A stretch of DNA of 32,329 bases from Chiloscyllium plagiosum (taxonomy: Eukaryota). Positions within the stretch are counted from its first letter, which is position 1. Each line of letters opens with the position of its first letter. This document shows positions 1 to 11,435 of the stretch, piece by piece. Where the stretch lies: NCBI RefSeq assembly GCF_004010195.1, contig NW_025214591.1, positions 1 through 32,329 on the forward strand. The letters are read 5' to 3'. Position numbers and translations under genes: made by a program. A model generated the notes under the pieces. The model did no database searches. It had not been told where the DNA came from and saw only the letters and a list, made by a program, of their open reading frames with translations.

Positions 1-276
1 CCACTCACTTTACAACATAATCGACCTACCAGATTTTCATGCCTGCATAAACCGCCCTCCTTATACACATTTAGACTAACAAGTTCAGACAGCCTTGAGT
101 TGTCACCGTCAGTTAGATTTTTTGCAAGGGTATATACTGACGATATTTGATTGACAGTTTTATGATCTTGCAAGAGGAACATTTTAATGCAGATTTTGGA
201 TGGTTGCTCATTTACTTTACAGTTTCATTACTATTTTATTAACTTGCTAATAAAATATCATCTGCCCCATTTGTGC

Positions 277-580
277 TTAGAACCATAGAATTCCTACAGT
301 GTGGAATCAGACCATTCAGCCCACCTAGTTCACACCAATCTCTAAAGATCATCCTACCCAGACCCATCCCCTGACCCTATCCCTGAATTTCTGCTAATCC
401 ACCTAGCCTATGCATCCCTAAACACTATGGGCAATTTAGCTTGGCCAATCCACCTAATCTGCACAGCTTTGGAGTGTGGGAGGAAACCCATACAGAAACA
501 GAAAAATGTGCAAACTCCACACAGACAGTCACCTGTGGGGATAATCGAACTTTCCTGGCACTGTGTGGCAGCGGTGCTAT
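277..580 (-). mobile_element. HE1-type V-SINE (shark tRNA-derived SINE), diverged
   Basis: Reverse strand carries the V-domain-type core (TGTCTGTGTGGAGTTTGCACAT...GTGGATTGGCCAAGCTAAATTGCCC) and a CR1/HER1-like tail (CCACACTGTAGGAATTCTATG). Matches other copies in the window. Confidence 0.85.
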
Positions 581-1111
581 TATTGAATGATATCAGGGCT
601 GTAAACACAATACTGTCTGTCGAACAGAAATTTTCCAATTGTACAAAGTACTGTAATGCATTGAAAATGTTTTGCAATGTGAGTCAAGTTCAGGGCCCCT
701 TACTTTTTCAATCACTGCAATAAAAACAAAATATAACATTTCAAATGGAATCTAATTAAGAGAGTTGGTATTGAAACTTACTTGCTGAAACATTATTAAT
801 TGCACAGCAGCTTCCCCCTCCATAGTTCAAAAACTCATTTGCTTGGTATAGTTCACACAATGTAAGGAACTGACTCACCTCAGGGAGGATTGTAATTAGA
901 GTATGTTTTAGACACAAACCCAACATGGGTGACTGTGTGCAACTCACTGTGTATCCCCACCCCAAGAAAACAAATTTTGATTTAAAAAGTTAGTCAAATG
1001 TCAAACATGTAACGACTGTTGATGGCTGTACTAACCCATCTGGTTGATTTATGTCCTTCGGGGAAGGAAATCTGCCATCCAGACCTGAATCAACATGGGT
1101 GACTTTTAACT

Positions 1112-1467
1112 AGCTGAAAATGTGTTGCTGGAAAAGCGCAGCAGGTCAGGCAGCATCCAAGGAGCAGGAGAATCGACGTTTCGGGCATGAGCTCTTCTTC
1201 AGGAATGAGGAAAGTGTGTCCAGCAGGCTAAGATAAAAGGTAGGGAGGAGGGACATGGGAGGGGCGTTGGAAATGCGATAGGTGGAAGGAGGTCAAGGTG
1301 AGGGTGATAGGCCGGAGTGGGGATGGGGGCGGAGAGGTCAGGAAGAAGATTGCAGGTTAGGAAGGCGGTGCTGAGTTTGAGGGATTTGACTGAGACAAGG
1401 TGGGGGGAGGGGAAATGAGGAAACTGGAACCGACTGACCCCGCACGGACTCCGGACTATGCAACACC
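1112..1467 (-). mobile_element. Neptune-type PLE 3' end/pLTR fragment with HHR, flanked by a direct repeat
   Basis: Reverse complement (CAGTTTCCTCATTTCCCCTCCCCCCACCTT...) matches the 3' end of the GIY-YIG ORF at about 27388-27457 and the tail at 27585-27690. TGACTTTTAACTAG is repeated at 1100-1113 and 1468-1481. Confidence 0.85.
1171..1206 (-). ncRNA. Minimal hammerhead ribozyme motif (family A)
   Basis: Minus strand reads ATTC-CTGAAGA-A-GAGC-TCAT-GCCC-GAAA-CG-TC-GATT: CUGANGA and GAAA core boxes, helix II with one mismatch, GUC cleavage triplet. Confidence 0.7.
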
Positions 1468-1664
1468 TGACTTTTAACTAGGCAATTAGTGATGGGCAAT
1501 ACATGAATCCCATGAATGAATAAAAAATTTCACCGTAAATGTGCCAAAAAAATCTAATAGACTTTTGGATACTCTGCTATTTATATTGATTTGACAGCAA
1601 GCTGGAACTGTATTTACCAGGTAAAGTTTCACATTTCAGTTATTTTAAATATTTAATACTTACC

Positions 1665-1761
1665 TCAGAAGGGCCTATGCCCGAAACGTCGATTCTCCTG
1701 TTCCTTGGATGCTGCCTGACCTGCTGCGCTTTTCCAGCAACACATGTTCAGTTCAGAAGGG
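1665..1761 (+). mobile_element. Mini PLE-terminus insertion with 5'-truncated HHR
   Basis: GAAGGGCCTATGCCCGAAACGTCGATTCTCCTG...TTTTCCAGCAACACAT. TCAGAAGGG is repeated at 1665-1673 and 1753-1761. Confidence 0.75.
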
Positions 1762-1764
1762 GTA

Positions 1765-1880
1765 CCCAGATATGAGGAGAAAGTGAGGACTGCAGATGCT
1801 GGAGATCAGAGCTGAAAATGTGTCAGGCAGCATCCAAGGAACAGGAGAATCGACGTTTCGGGCATGAGCCCAGATATGAG
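1765..1880 (-). mobile_element. Mini PLE-terminus insertion
   Basis: GGAGAAAGTGAGGACTGCAGATGCTGGAGATCAG...GACGTTTCGGGC is the reverse of the PLE tail. CCCAGATATGAG is repeated at 1765-1776 and 1869-1880. Confidence 0.8.
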
Positions 1881-2669
1881 TGTGGGAGAGATGAATATGA
1901 TGTGAACATCTGTACATGTTTGTTCAATTTAACATTGAAAACAGTAATTGTAAATGGAACATTTATCCTGTTTTCTCAAAGGCTCTGTGGTCAAATATGC
2001 CTTTATTAAGAGTACAGCATTTTCAATCTTGTCTTCAAATACTTGAAAAGCAAATTGGATGATGGATTTAAGAAGCTGTTTGAGCTGAGTTTTTGCAGGA
2101 AGGTAGTTTAAATTTCTTAACATGAGAAAAAAGAGCTGAGATGTATTCAAATCTTTCGAACAGCTGTGCTTTCTTGTATTTATACATTCAATTCCAAAAC
2201 AATCATTCATTCTTTAAATAAGGCTTGTTTATACAGCTGTAGTGAATAAGGGAAACACTACTTATGAAATCTTGAAACACTTCTTTCCAAATTCAATCAC
2301 TTGGGATGTGCACTTCCCTATTCCCTTGCACTTTAACACCTCAATAGCTAAATGTAAACAGCATAAAATATGAAGTTTGAAATGCCATGAACCACACTTC
2401 ACTGTGGCAAGGTATCTCAAGGCATGTGCGGTTAGTTAGACTCGCATTTGCGTGTTTTGGCTCTGAATTTTTTTCTTGGTTGGCATGGATTTGTAAGTGT
2501 GAGCAGATGTCCTTGGATAACAGGGTACCTGGGATTTGAGTGAGCTTCGGCAACGTACAAAGTATCGCTTTAACCAATCGGATTGTGGGTTTGGCAAAGA
2601 ATAGAGGAAGGATTGACGAGTGTGAATGAAAGTGGGTGAACTCAGTGTTGACTGAAAACATCCAATGGA

Positions 2670-2803
2670 AAGCCATTGAGACTCAAAACGTTAGCTTGCT
2701 CTCTCTCTCTCTCTCTCTCTCCATGAATGCTGCCCGACCCAATGTGATCTCCAGCAATTTTTGTTTTCAGTTCAGACGCCAGCATCTGCAGTAATTTGCT
2801 CCT
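2670..2803 (+). mobile_element. Old PLE-terminus fragment containing a (CT)n tract
   Basis: GACTCAAAACGTTAGC...ATGCTGCCCGACCC...CTCCAGCAATTTTTGTTTTCAG...CCAGCATCTGCAG has the same tail layout as other copies. (CT)n runs about 2699-2721. Confidence 0.6.
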
Positions 2804-2884
2804 ATATTGAACTCTGTGTTGCATCAGTTGCCAAAAGAGCAATAAAGAGAGGGAAAAGCATTGGATTAAAAGAGAAATCAGAAA

Positions 2885-3185
2885 GGGGGGGTCTCATATT
2901 TAAGACAGAGATGAGGAGGATCTTTCTCTAGGAGGGCCGTGAATCTATAGAATTCTTTACTGCAGAGGACAGTTGAGGTTAAGTCATTAAGTATATTCAA
3001 GGCTAGGATGGACAAACTTTTAATCAGTAAGGGAGCTTGAGGATGATGGGGAAAAGAGGAAAGAGGAGTTGAAGATAATTAGATCAGCCATGATCTCACT
3101 GGATTGATTGATCACATCCTCCCTGAGATACTCTGCCACGGTAAAGTGTGCAGCAGACTTCTGCTCCTATGTCTTATAATGTTAT
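2885..3185 (+). mobile_element. Old CR1-clade LINE 3' fragment
   Basis: TTTAAGACAGAGATGAGGAGGA..., GATCAGCCATGATCTCA and CTGCTCCTATGTCTTAT are typical of a CR1 ORF2 end and 3' UTR. Confidence 0.65.
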
Positions 3186-3339
3186 GGTCCAAATAGAGGT
3201 TAGAAGGTCACTGATTCCTTTCCAATTCCCGCTTCGACATTGGTCATAACGACATTTCAATTTAACCAGGACAGGTTTACAGAGTAAAGAAGGATCTCCT
3301 GTTTGCACTCGGTGGTATGTCAGTAACTACCGGTCAATT

Positions 3340-3613
3340 TCAGGACTGTCAGCAAGAGAGCTGGGAGGGAGATGAGGAGAAAGGTCATTAAGCAGAGAGT
3401 GGTTAGGATTGGAATCCACAGCCTGGGAGAGTGATGGTAGCAGATTCCATACAAGGTTTCAAAAGAGAACTGGATATATATTTGAAAGGGATGAATTTCG
3501 AGGAATATGGAGATATGGCTGGAGAGTGGGACTAGCTCATTCAGAACGCGATAAAGGCACGATGGGTTGAGTGGCCTCCTTCTGTACTGTGAATTTAATG
3601 ATTCTGTGATTCT
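3340..3613 (+). mobile_element. Old CR1-clade LINE 3' fragment
   Basis: CAGAGAGTGGTTAGGATTGGAA..., then GGCCTCCTTCTGTACTGT followed by a GATTCTGTGATTCT tail. Confidence 0.65.
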
Positions 3614-4523
3614 AACTGGAATCAATATAATACCAGTCTGGGTAACAAACTGGTCAAGCACTCCTCAGTCAACATCAATTAGTGAATGTGGTCACATTAA
3701 TCACATAGACTTCCCAGTTAGATACACCACTCCGCCTCCCCTCCCCCCACAGGAAGTTGGGTGGGTCACACAGGGTGAATCATCAAATCTCATTCAAGTT
3801 TCTCAAGGGATTCTTTTTGAAGACCTGGATTTGGACTTCCCTCCAAAGTCACTCTGTTATGGGTTGCCTCACTGACTGCTCATACTCTGCTCACTCTTCC
3901 CATCCTAGTGCTAGCCTTGCCTTGATTCTACACCTGGCCTCCAGCAACTACCCCCAGGGCACAATTCCAGCTTTTCACAGACAGCCAGCTTCACAAGTCT
4001 AGTACCGCCTCTTGAGTTCTAGAGGCAGGAGAACTCTGGAAGCTTTCTTAACTGCACAAAGCTGAATATCAGTTTTATGGGTCATCTGCTTCTCCCAAAA
4101 CTTCCATAACTCCCGGCATGTTTCCCGCATCCTAATTCCAACAATTAGTTGCACCAGCTCTCAGAACTTTTTCTGAGTCTTAACCACACGGAGTTCTCAA
4201 ACAGCTCCTGAGACTTCTTCCTGAGCTCTGACGACAGTGAGTCAGTGGTCCTCAGTCATTTTCTCAGCAGTACATCTTAGCAGTACTCCTCTGCAAGGAG
4301 TCTATGGGTCCCAACTGGTTCTGTCCCTTGAACTGCTCTTCAGTGCCACCTTGAACAGTCAATGAGCTACTGAATAAAGTATTCAAAAATAAAACAGACA
4401 TGTTTACTCATTTAGTCTTTTAATTGAAGAATGGACAGAACTGCAGATTTTTACTCCTCGAGAGAACCCATGAAACTAGCAAGTAAAATTTGAGTTTAAT
4501 ATATTCAGCCGTCATCAATTAGT

Positions 4524-4715
4524 GAGGCAGGAGGCTGGAAGGAAACAGCAATCCAGGCAACATCAGGAGGTGGAGAAGTCAACATTTTGGGTGTCACTGT
4601 CCTTACACACGAAATATCGACTTCCGCACCTCCTGATGCTGCCTGACTTGCTGTGTCCATCCAGCCTCCTGCCTGTCTACTTTGGATTCCAGCATCTGCA
4701 GTTTTTTTTTTACTC
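4524..4715. mobile_element. Fold-back (inverted) PLE-terminus element, divergent subfamily
   Basis: AGGCAGGAGGCTGGA...CATCAGGAGGTG is the inverted copy of CACCTCCTGATG...TCCAGCCTCCTGCCT. Ends in TCCAGCATCTGCAG. Confidence 0.7.
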
Positions 4716-4784
4716 TAACCATAGATTAAGGAGTCTGATAACACTTTGGATATTACATAACACAACATTCTTTGAAATTTGCAT

Positions 4785-5421
4785 CGCAGGTGTGTTAAAA
4801 AGAGGTATAGCACATTTACCTTCATTGCTCAGTGTGGAGGAGTTGAGACGTCATGTTGAGGTGGTAGAGAATATTGGTAGGCCTCGTCTGGAGTACTGTG
4901 TCCAGTTCTGGTCGCCTTGTTATAGGAAGGATATAATTAAGCTGAAGAGGGCTCAGAAAAAAAATTACCAGGATGTTGCTGGGTATGGAGGGCTTGAGTT
5001 ATAAAAATAGGCTGAATAGGCTGGGACTTCTTTCACTGGAGCGTAGGAGGTTGATGGATGACCTTATCGAGGTTTATAAAATCATGAGGGACATAGATAA
5101 GGTGGATGGCAGGTGTCTTTTCCCTAGGGTGGGAGGTTTTCAATACTAGGGGGCACATTTTTAAGATGAGAGGAGAAAGATTTAAAAAAGCTTTGAGGGG
5201 CAAATGTTTTACACAGAGAGTGGTTCTTACGTGAAATGAACTTTCAGAGGAAGTGGTGGATGCAGGTACAGTTAAGATTCATTTGGATAAATTCTTGCAT
5301 AAGAAATGTTTGGAGGGATATGGGTCAAGCGCAGGCAAGTGGGACTGGTTTAGTTTGGAATCATGGTTGGCATGGACTGGTTGGACTGAACGGTCTGTTA
5401 AGGGGTTTTTGACTCTATGAC
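4785..5421 (+). mobile_element. CR1/HER1 LINE 3' fragment
   Basis: Translates RPRLEYCVQFWSPCYRKDIIKLKRAQK. 3' UTR ends GACTCTATGAC. Confidence 0.9.
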
Positions 5422-5869
5422 AACATCGCAAGTGTTAGAAAATACTGAGTGTCATTCAAAATTAACTCATCAATAAAAGGTTTACAATGGATTCCCAGTT
5501 ACCTGCCAAGCAAATTGGTTTAAAGTTACCCCTAAACTATTCGCTAGATCTCAACAAGCACTCCACCCTAGGTCCTTGAATTAATCTTGCACCTATCACT
5601 CTTCAAAGCCAGACTTTGTGCTGACAGCATTTCGCTGACCTCCACTTGGGTTAGCAGTAGTAACAATTACTTGGGATTCCGTAGGTGTTAATTAAGCAAT
5701 TGTAGACCACTGTAACAGCGAGACATCAATGATCCTCTAGATGCAGGACTTTAAACTATCCATTTAGAATATCATAGGATACTCACTAATAACAATATGA
5801 TCTTACACACTGTAAATACACAGAGACATATCTGTTCAAAATTCATCCCTAAAGGTGATACCTTAACTG

Positions 5870-6016
5870 ATTCGGAGATGCCGGTGTTGGACTGGGGTGT
5901 ACAAAGTTAAAAATCACACAAGCGTCGCTCCGATGAAGGAGCGTCGCTCCAAAAGCTACTGCTTCCAATTAAATCTGTTGGACTACAACCTGGTGTTGTG
6001 TGATTTTTAACTTTGT
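5870..6016. mobile_element. Fold-back PLE-terminus element, family B, with degenerate HHR
   Basis: ACAAAGTTAAAAATCACACAA is inverted as TTGTGTGATTTTTAACTTTGT. Contains CCGATGAAGGAGCGTCGCTCCAAAAGCTA. ATACCTTAACTG is repeated at 5858-5869 and 6017-6028. Confidence 0.75.
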
Positions 6017-6427
6017 ATACCTTAACTGGGTTTCTATTTCCTGACTTTCACTTTTCTGTGGAAATGACTTCATGGTGTATAAACAATTACCCAGTTGGGT
6101 CTTTCAGAAAAATACTTCACTACATAACTCATTTACTTTCCATCCATTAAACCTTGCTCCGTTTTTAATAAAAGCTGGGAATATATTTTGTTTTATGCTC
6201 CCAGCACTTAAGTGTAGCCTCCTGAACCACATTTTTAAGAATCTCTCTCCACATGACAGTGTGATAGGCTGTGTACCATACAGCTGACACTCCGGGCCCG
6301 GTCAATAGCGTGAGCCCTCACAAAGTTTACTTTTGCTTGTGAATCTACCAAAGAGATTTTTGGCTGATCGTTATACTTCGTATCAGCTCAATACATACTT
6401 CAGCTAATCACCCATACGCTCCCTGGT

Positions 6428-7136
6428 GCTGGGCACAGCTCAGTGGCAGGGTCGAAGAAGGCTGTAGGTTCACTGCAGAGTATTTTACTGGCAATCCAAT
6501 ACAGTATCTGGAGAGAATGCTGCACTGATGGAGTTATCACCCTTTAAATATTAAGCAAAGGCTTCCCTCACTGGCGAACATGGAAGATTCATGGCATAAC
6601 ACGGTGGCTCAGTGGTTAGCACTGCTGCCTCCCAGCACCCAGGTACATGGGTTCAACTTCACCCTTAGGTGACTGTCTGTAAGGAGTTTTCACATTCTCC
6701 CCGTGTCTGTGTGGGTTTCTCCCTACGGTCCAAAGATATGCAGGTTAGGCGGATTGTCCATGTTAAATTGTCCATTGTGTCCAGGGTTGTGTAGGGTAGG
6801 TAGATTAGCCATGGGAAAAGCTGGGTTACAGGGATGGAGTAGGGAGGTGGGTCTGGGTGGGAGGGTCAGTGTGGACTTGATGGGCCAAATGGCCTGTTTT
6901 CAAGTAGAGCAAAGAGTTTCAACCCAGTCTCCTGGCCAATATTTATATCTCAACTAACATCACCAGAATACATTAACTGTTCATTATCTCTTTGCTCTTC
7001 TTAGCCAGTGATTGTATGTGAATGGACAGTTGTAGTTCTGATAGTAGCCAAGTGGGTACGTTTTAAAGTGTTTCCTTGACAACAGAGTATCAAACATTGC
7101 GTGGATATGAAAGGTGGGAATGAGAGTCTTTATTTC
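6428..7136 (+). mobile_element. Deu-domain SINE (SacSINE1/AmnSINE1-like), interrupted by HE1
   Basis: CCTGGCCAATATTTATATCTCAACTAACATCACCA (6931-6965) resembles the recalled Deu core. The 5' part has AGCTCAGTGG and TGCTGCACTG. Confidence 0.6.
6599..6901 (+). mobile_element. HE1-type V-SINE
   Basis: tRNA-like head CACGGTGGCTCAGTGGTTAGCAC (A box) and GGTTCAACTTC (B box), V core, and tail GGGCCAAATGGCCTGTTT. Confidence 0.9.
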
Positions 7137-7464
7137 AAACACTTTCCTACCATTCAGCCCCTTCAGCTGTGTATCAATGTACTCTCTGTTTGCTCCCAAT
7201 GTTTACACCCCTTGCTAATAGACTTGGACCACACCTAGTGCGTCCCACTATGCAGGGAAGGGGCATAGCCCTTCAGGCATGGTCTGATTATCTTTCTAGT
7301 CTGTTTAGTGATGTCATTTATGATGTGTCTGCATATTTCCCCCGCACATCTTTTGTTAACATGGAAAATGCTTCTTCACTTTCCTTATATCAAGTTTCGG
7401 ATGAAAACGTTTACCTGTTGATGCATGAAACTGTTTCCAGCCTTGGTTCTGCTTAAATTAAACA

Positions 7465-7676
7465 ATAGGTGCTGGAGATCTGAAACAAACAGAAACAGAA
7501 ATTGCTGAAGAAACTCAGCAGGTCTGCCAGCATCCGTGGAGAGGGAAACAGTTTCAAGTTAACAGTTTGAGGTTCTGAAGAAGGGTGATTAGACTTGAAA
7601 CATTAACTCTGTTTCTCTCTCCACGGATGCTGCCAGACCTGCTGAGTTTCTCCAGTAGTTTCCAATTTTGTTTGTT
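7465..7676. mobile_element. Fold-back PLE-terminus element with degenerate HHR
   Basis: GAAACTCAGCAGGTCTGCCAGCATCCGTGGAGAG is the inverted copy of CTCTCCACGGATGCTGCCAGACCTGCTGAGTTTC. The centre holds CTGAAGAAGGGTGATTAGACTTGAAACATT. Confidence 0.75.
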
Positions 7677-8239
7677 TTGGTTCTCACTTTGCCCAAGCTC
7701 ATGTGATAAATCTAGTTTTCAACACTCTGCCTGCATTATTAGCATCAATTTATAAGGCTGTGTTTGTGGGCATTCCAGTCTGTACAGAACGATTCAATGA
7801 AAGTACAGCTCCTGTTGTCAGCTATAAGTTAACTCAGCAACATCTCCCATTGTCAATAGCAAGGTGTTGAAAGGCAAGTTCTGAAACTGCCAATTCAAAA
7901 TACGTTTTGAAGATGAATGACAGTCTGCAATTTGGACAAGTGTGTAAGACCAGTTACACGGTGCTGAAAGATCACTAGCAAATTAAATAAAATGGGACAA
8001 AACATTTTTATCCTCCACCTTTGCTGTAGGCAGTATGTTAAAGTGAGTGAACATAAGGAATGCCATAGACCGGCTGGGAGAAGGGAGAACCGCAATCAGG
8101 TGGGCTTTGATGTTCTATATCTCCAACGCCTCTTAGTTAACCGTACAACTGTGCTTGTTGCCACAGCACAGCTGAGTATGCGCAGTTAGATCACCATGAC
8201 AATTTTAGCTTTGGGGTCACACACTTGGAAATTTTAGCA

Positions 8240-8420
8240 TTAAAATTAGATTTTATTGTCACGTGTACTCAAGTATAGGAATACAGGAGCACAGTGAAAA
8301 GTGTAGAGAGACACCATTTTCTGGTGTCATCTTGGTTTCAAAACCAGAACGTCAAAAAAGAAACAACAGAAATAAAAGAAAACCAAAACCTAAGAAAAAC
8401 GTCCAGATTCTCAAAGTCTA
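8240..8420 (-). mobile_element. Probable 3' tail of a non-LTR element, family unassigned
   Basis: Minus strand ends CTTTTCACTGTG...GTACACGTGACAATAAAATCT, a polyA-signal-type tail. Confidence 0.35.
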
Positions 8421-8699
8421 TGTCTTAACGCCTGAGGGGTTTTTGGAACCACCGACGCAAGCACCCGGGCCTAGCCATAGCTTGACACTTTGGTCAGCCT
8501 GCAAGTCTTGTATCGATCGACTGGATGAGCTGTGTCCTTATTGTCGCCGATGTCATCACCTTTGATCACTGGAGGACGTCCACGAGGAGCTTTGTCCACT
8601 GCTGCTGCCATCTCAGTGAGTTTTGCTACTGCAGGGGATAGTTCTTTGGCACTGTGTTTAGATTTGTTAATGCAGTCCCGGAGGTGCTCATCCTATGGG

Positions 8700-8953
8700 G
8701 TTAAAAACTCTGCCCTCTCAGGTCAATGTAAAATTCCCAGGACTGTTACTTGGTGATTTTTCTGATAATTATGTAACAACCAAATCCACCAAACCAGGTG
8801 ACCTGGATACTTACTTCATCGCTATTTCTTGGGATCTTGCTATTCATGAATTAATTTTTTGCTTTTCACAATGTTACAGCTGCGATGACCCTTCAAGGCA
8901 CTCAGACCATAGAAAAGCACATTTGAGATGTCCAGACATTGTGCCTTATAAAC
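8700..8953 (+). mobile_element. Highly diverged Deu-domain SINE fragment
   Basis: CTGCCCTCTCAGGTCAATGTAAAATTCCCA...TGGGATCTTGCT...TTTGAGATGTCCAGA follows the recalled Deu-SINE layout. Confidence 0.5.
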
Positions 8954-9936
8954 TCATCTCACTGTACACAAACCACCTTCTGTGACATTCATTGATTTGT
9001 AGTGGAGTCTGGAACCTGATTTCCAAAATGGCTTCCTCATATTGTTCCCCATGGCAATATGAAATATTCTAGCGTAGCATCCAGATAGAAATGCCAATCA
9101 GCTATTGATGCTCCAAAACCTCTTGCGTCTTTGAAATTAATGGACACTTATAGAACAACTGTTTAAAACTCAATATTCTCAACAGCTCTCTGGAATATTC
9201 AGGAGACTACTCATCGTGGGCTCAAAAACTGTCTTCAATCATGAAAGTCTAACGCAATCGCCCCAATAACATCATCAGGGTCTGCTTTCAATCTTTAACC
9301 ACTTGTTGTTAAACAGATTTCCGATCAGGACACATCTCCTCCTGGTGAAGCCTTCGCTTTACATTACAATAGTGATAGACGTTGCCCAATGATTTTCAAG
9401 CTCATCATCCGATTTTAATACCTGGGACTTTTACGGACTAAACTAGTTTTTAAAATAAAAAAATGCCAACTTAAAATGGTAACCGTAATCTGCTGACCAC
9501 ACAGGTTAGATAATCTTCATGAAATCAACTTGAAGTAAACAACGTTGTCTGAGCTAAAATGAACATTTTTATCTGAATATACTGATACACAACCAGACGG
9601 GAAGAAACCAACATCTTCTGAATTGGTTTAAACTTGTATGATACATTCCAGATATTGGAAATGAAGGATGTCATGTTCAGTCATTAAACATGAAAACAAG
9701 GAACTCAGATATTGGAGTACAGAACCTGGGTGTATTTTAGGGAGTTACTTTTGGCAATTGTAGGAGATGGATTTTTGACTAGATTAAACTGGACAAAGTT
9801 CTCTTCCTCTCAGTCTCTCTCAAATTAATAAAGTATCCTGTGACAACATAAACTAAAAGGAAATATCAGGAACTCAAAAGACAACTCTCATGAATTGGAT
9901 TTGTGTTTTTTGAAAGAGTGACCAAAAAGACAGGTG

Positions 9937-10366
9937 AAAGTGAGGACTGCAGATTAGAGTCGAGAGAGATTAGATTCCCTGCAGTGTGGAAACAAGCACT
10001 TCGGCCCAACCAGTCCACACCGACCCTCTGAAGAGTAACCCACCCAGACCCATTTCCCTCTGACTAATGCACCTAGCACTATGGGCAATTTAGCATGGCC
10101 AATTCACCTGACCTGCACATCTTTGGACTGTGGGAGGAAACTGGAGCACCCAGATGAAACCCACGCAAACACGGGGAGAATGTGCAAACTCCACGCAGAC
10201 AGACACCCAAGGCTGGAAACAACCCAGGATCCTGTTGCTGTGAGACAGCAGTGCTAACCACTGAGTCACTGTGCCGCTCTCTGGTGCTGGAAAAACAGAG
10301 CAGGTCAGGCAGCATCTGAGGAGCAGGAGAACCGACACATTGGGCAAATGCCCTTCATCAGGAATC
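9937..10366 (-). mobile_element. PLE-terminus fragment split by HE1
   Basis: GAAAGTGAGGACTGCAGA...GAGTCGAGAG, then HE1, then TGGTGCTGGAAAAAC...GCCCTTCATCAGGAAT. Confidence 0.75.
9968..10277 (-). mobile_element. HE1-type V-SINE
   Basis: Head, V core and tail all present on the minus strand. Confidence 0.9.
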
Positions 10367-11435
10367 CAAAAACGTAGATGAGGGCAATGAGGCAAGCATT
10401 GTCTACATGGCCTTTAGCAAGGCTTTTGACTGAATGAATAGAGAGATCTAAAGGTACAGGAGTTACAGGTAAACAGGGCAGTGCAGAAGGCTTTCGGCAT
10501 ACTAACTTCCATCGGTTGGTGCATTGAGTGGAGCAGTTGAGATGTCTAATTGCAGCTGTACAAGATGTTGGTGAGGCCCTATTTGGAGTACTGCATGCAG
10601 TTCTGGTCACGCCCCTATAGAAAGGATATTCTTAAACTAGAAAAAGTGCAGAAAAGATTTACGAGGATGTTACCTGGACTGGAAGGTTAGAGTTATAAGG
10701 AGAGGTTGGATAGGCTGGGATTTTTTTTACCAGAGACTGAGGGGTGACTTATGGAGGTATTTAATATCATGAGAGACATAGATAAGGTAGACAGCCTTCA
10801 GCATTTCCCCATGATAGGGGAGTCTAAAACTAGAGGGCGTAGGTTTAAGGTGAGAGGGGAGAGATACGAAAGAGCCCAGAGGGGCAATGCGTTCAGCCAG
10901 AATGTAGTGAGTGTCTGGAACGGGTTGCTACAGGTAGTGGTGGAAGCGAATGCAACTTCATTTAAGAAACATTTCGACAGGCACTTGGACGGGTTAGGTA
11001 TTGATGAACATGCACAAAGCACAGGCAAATAAGGCTAGTTTAAAGTATGAAAACTGGACAAGTTGGACCATAGGACCTGTTTCTATGCTGTAGACAATTA
11101 TGGCTATGACTCTAACTGAAATGTTTGCTGCTACTGAGGATGGAAGCCATTACTTAAACAACCATGGTATCAGGTTAAACCCTTAAATCTCAAAGTACAT
11201 CCTGAGGTCTTTAAACTGGATCCTTTTTTAATGTTTCTTTTGTGTTGTTCCCTATCCACCTTGAACTTTGTGCATGTTTGCACATGCATTATTTTTTTCA
11301 CAGAGTTAGCACATAATAAAAAAGTGGTCTTTCTTTCACTCCAACAAACCTTGTACCTTGTTCCTTATAATCCTTGGTGAACTAACTGCCTACATTTTAT
11401 TTCGAGAGAGCAGTAGCTAAAAGGCCGTGGGCAAT

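Larger units (their letters stand above)
1000..1528 (+). mobile_element. 3' part of a second (non-HE1) SINE family, split by a PLE-terminus insertion
   Basis: CCCATCTGGTTGATTTATGTCCTTCGGGGAAGGAAATCTGCC ... GGCAATTAGTGATGGGCAAT...CCCATGAATGAATAAAAAA is homologous to the reverse-strand copy at 19952-20295. Confidence 0.6.
9890..11113 (+). mobile_element. CR1/HER1 LINE, internally deleted, hosting nested insertions
   Basis: RT-like TTTTTTGAAAGAGTGACCAAAAA...GTCTACATGGCCTTTAGCAAGGCTTTTGAC (FSKAFD), then LEYCMQFWS and RFKVRGERY, ending in TATGACTCTA. Confidence 0.8.

Noticed and set aside
9322..9416. Minus-strand ATGATGA ... CTGA spacing resembling a box C/D snoRNA
   Set aside because: The terminal stem does not pair in the kink-turn register and I see no recognisable rRNA/snRNA guide.
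9358..9424. Minus-strand CAG followed by VLKSDDELENHWATSITIVM-stop as a terminal exon
   Set aside because: No proper polypyrimidine tract next to the AG, the peptide is unrecognised, and there are no partner exons.
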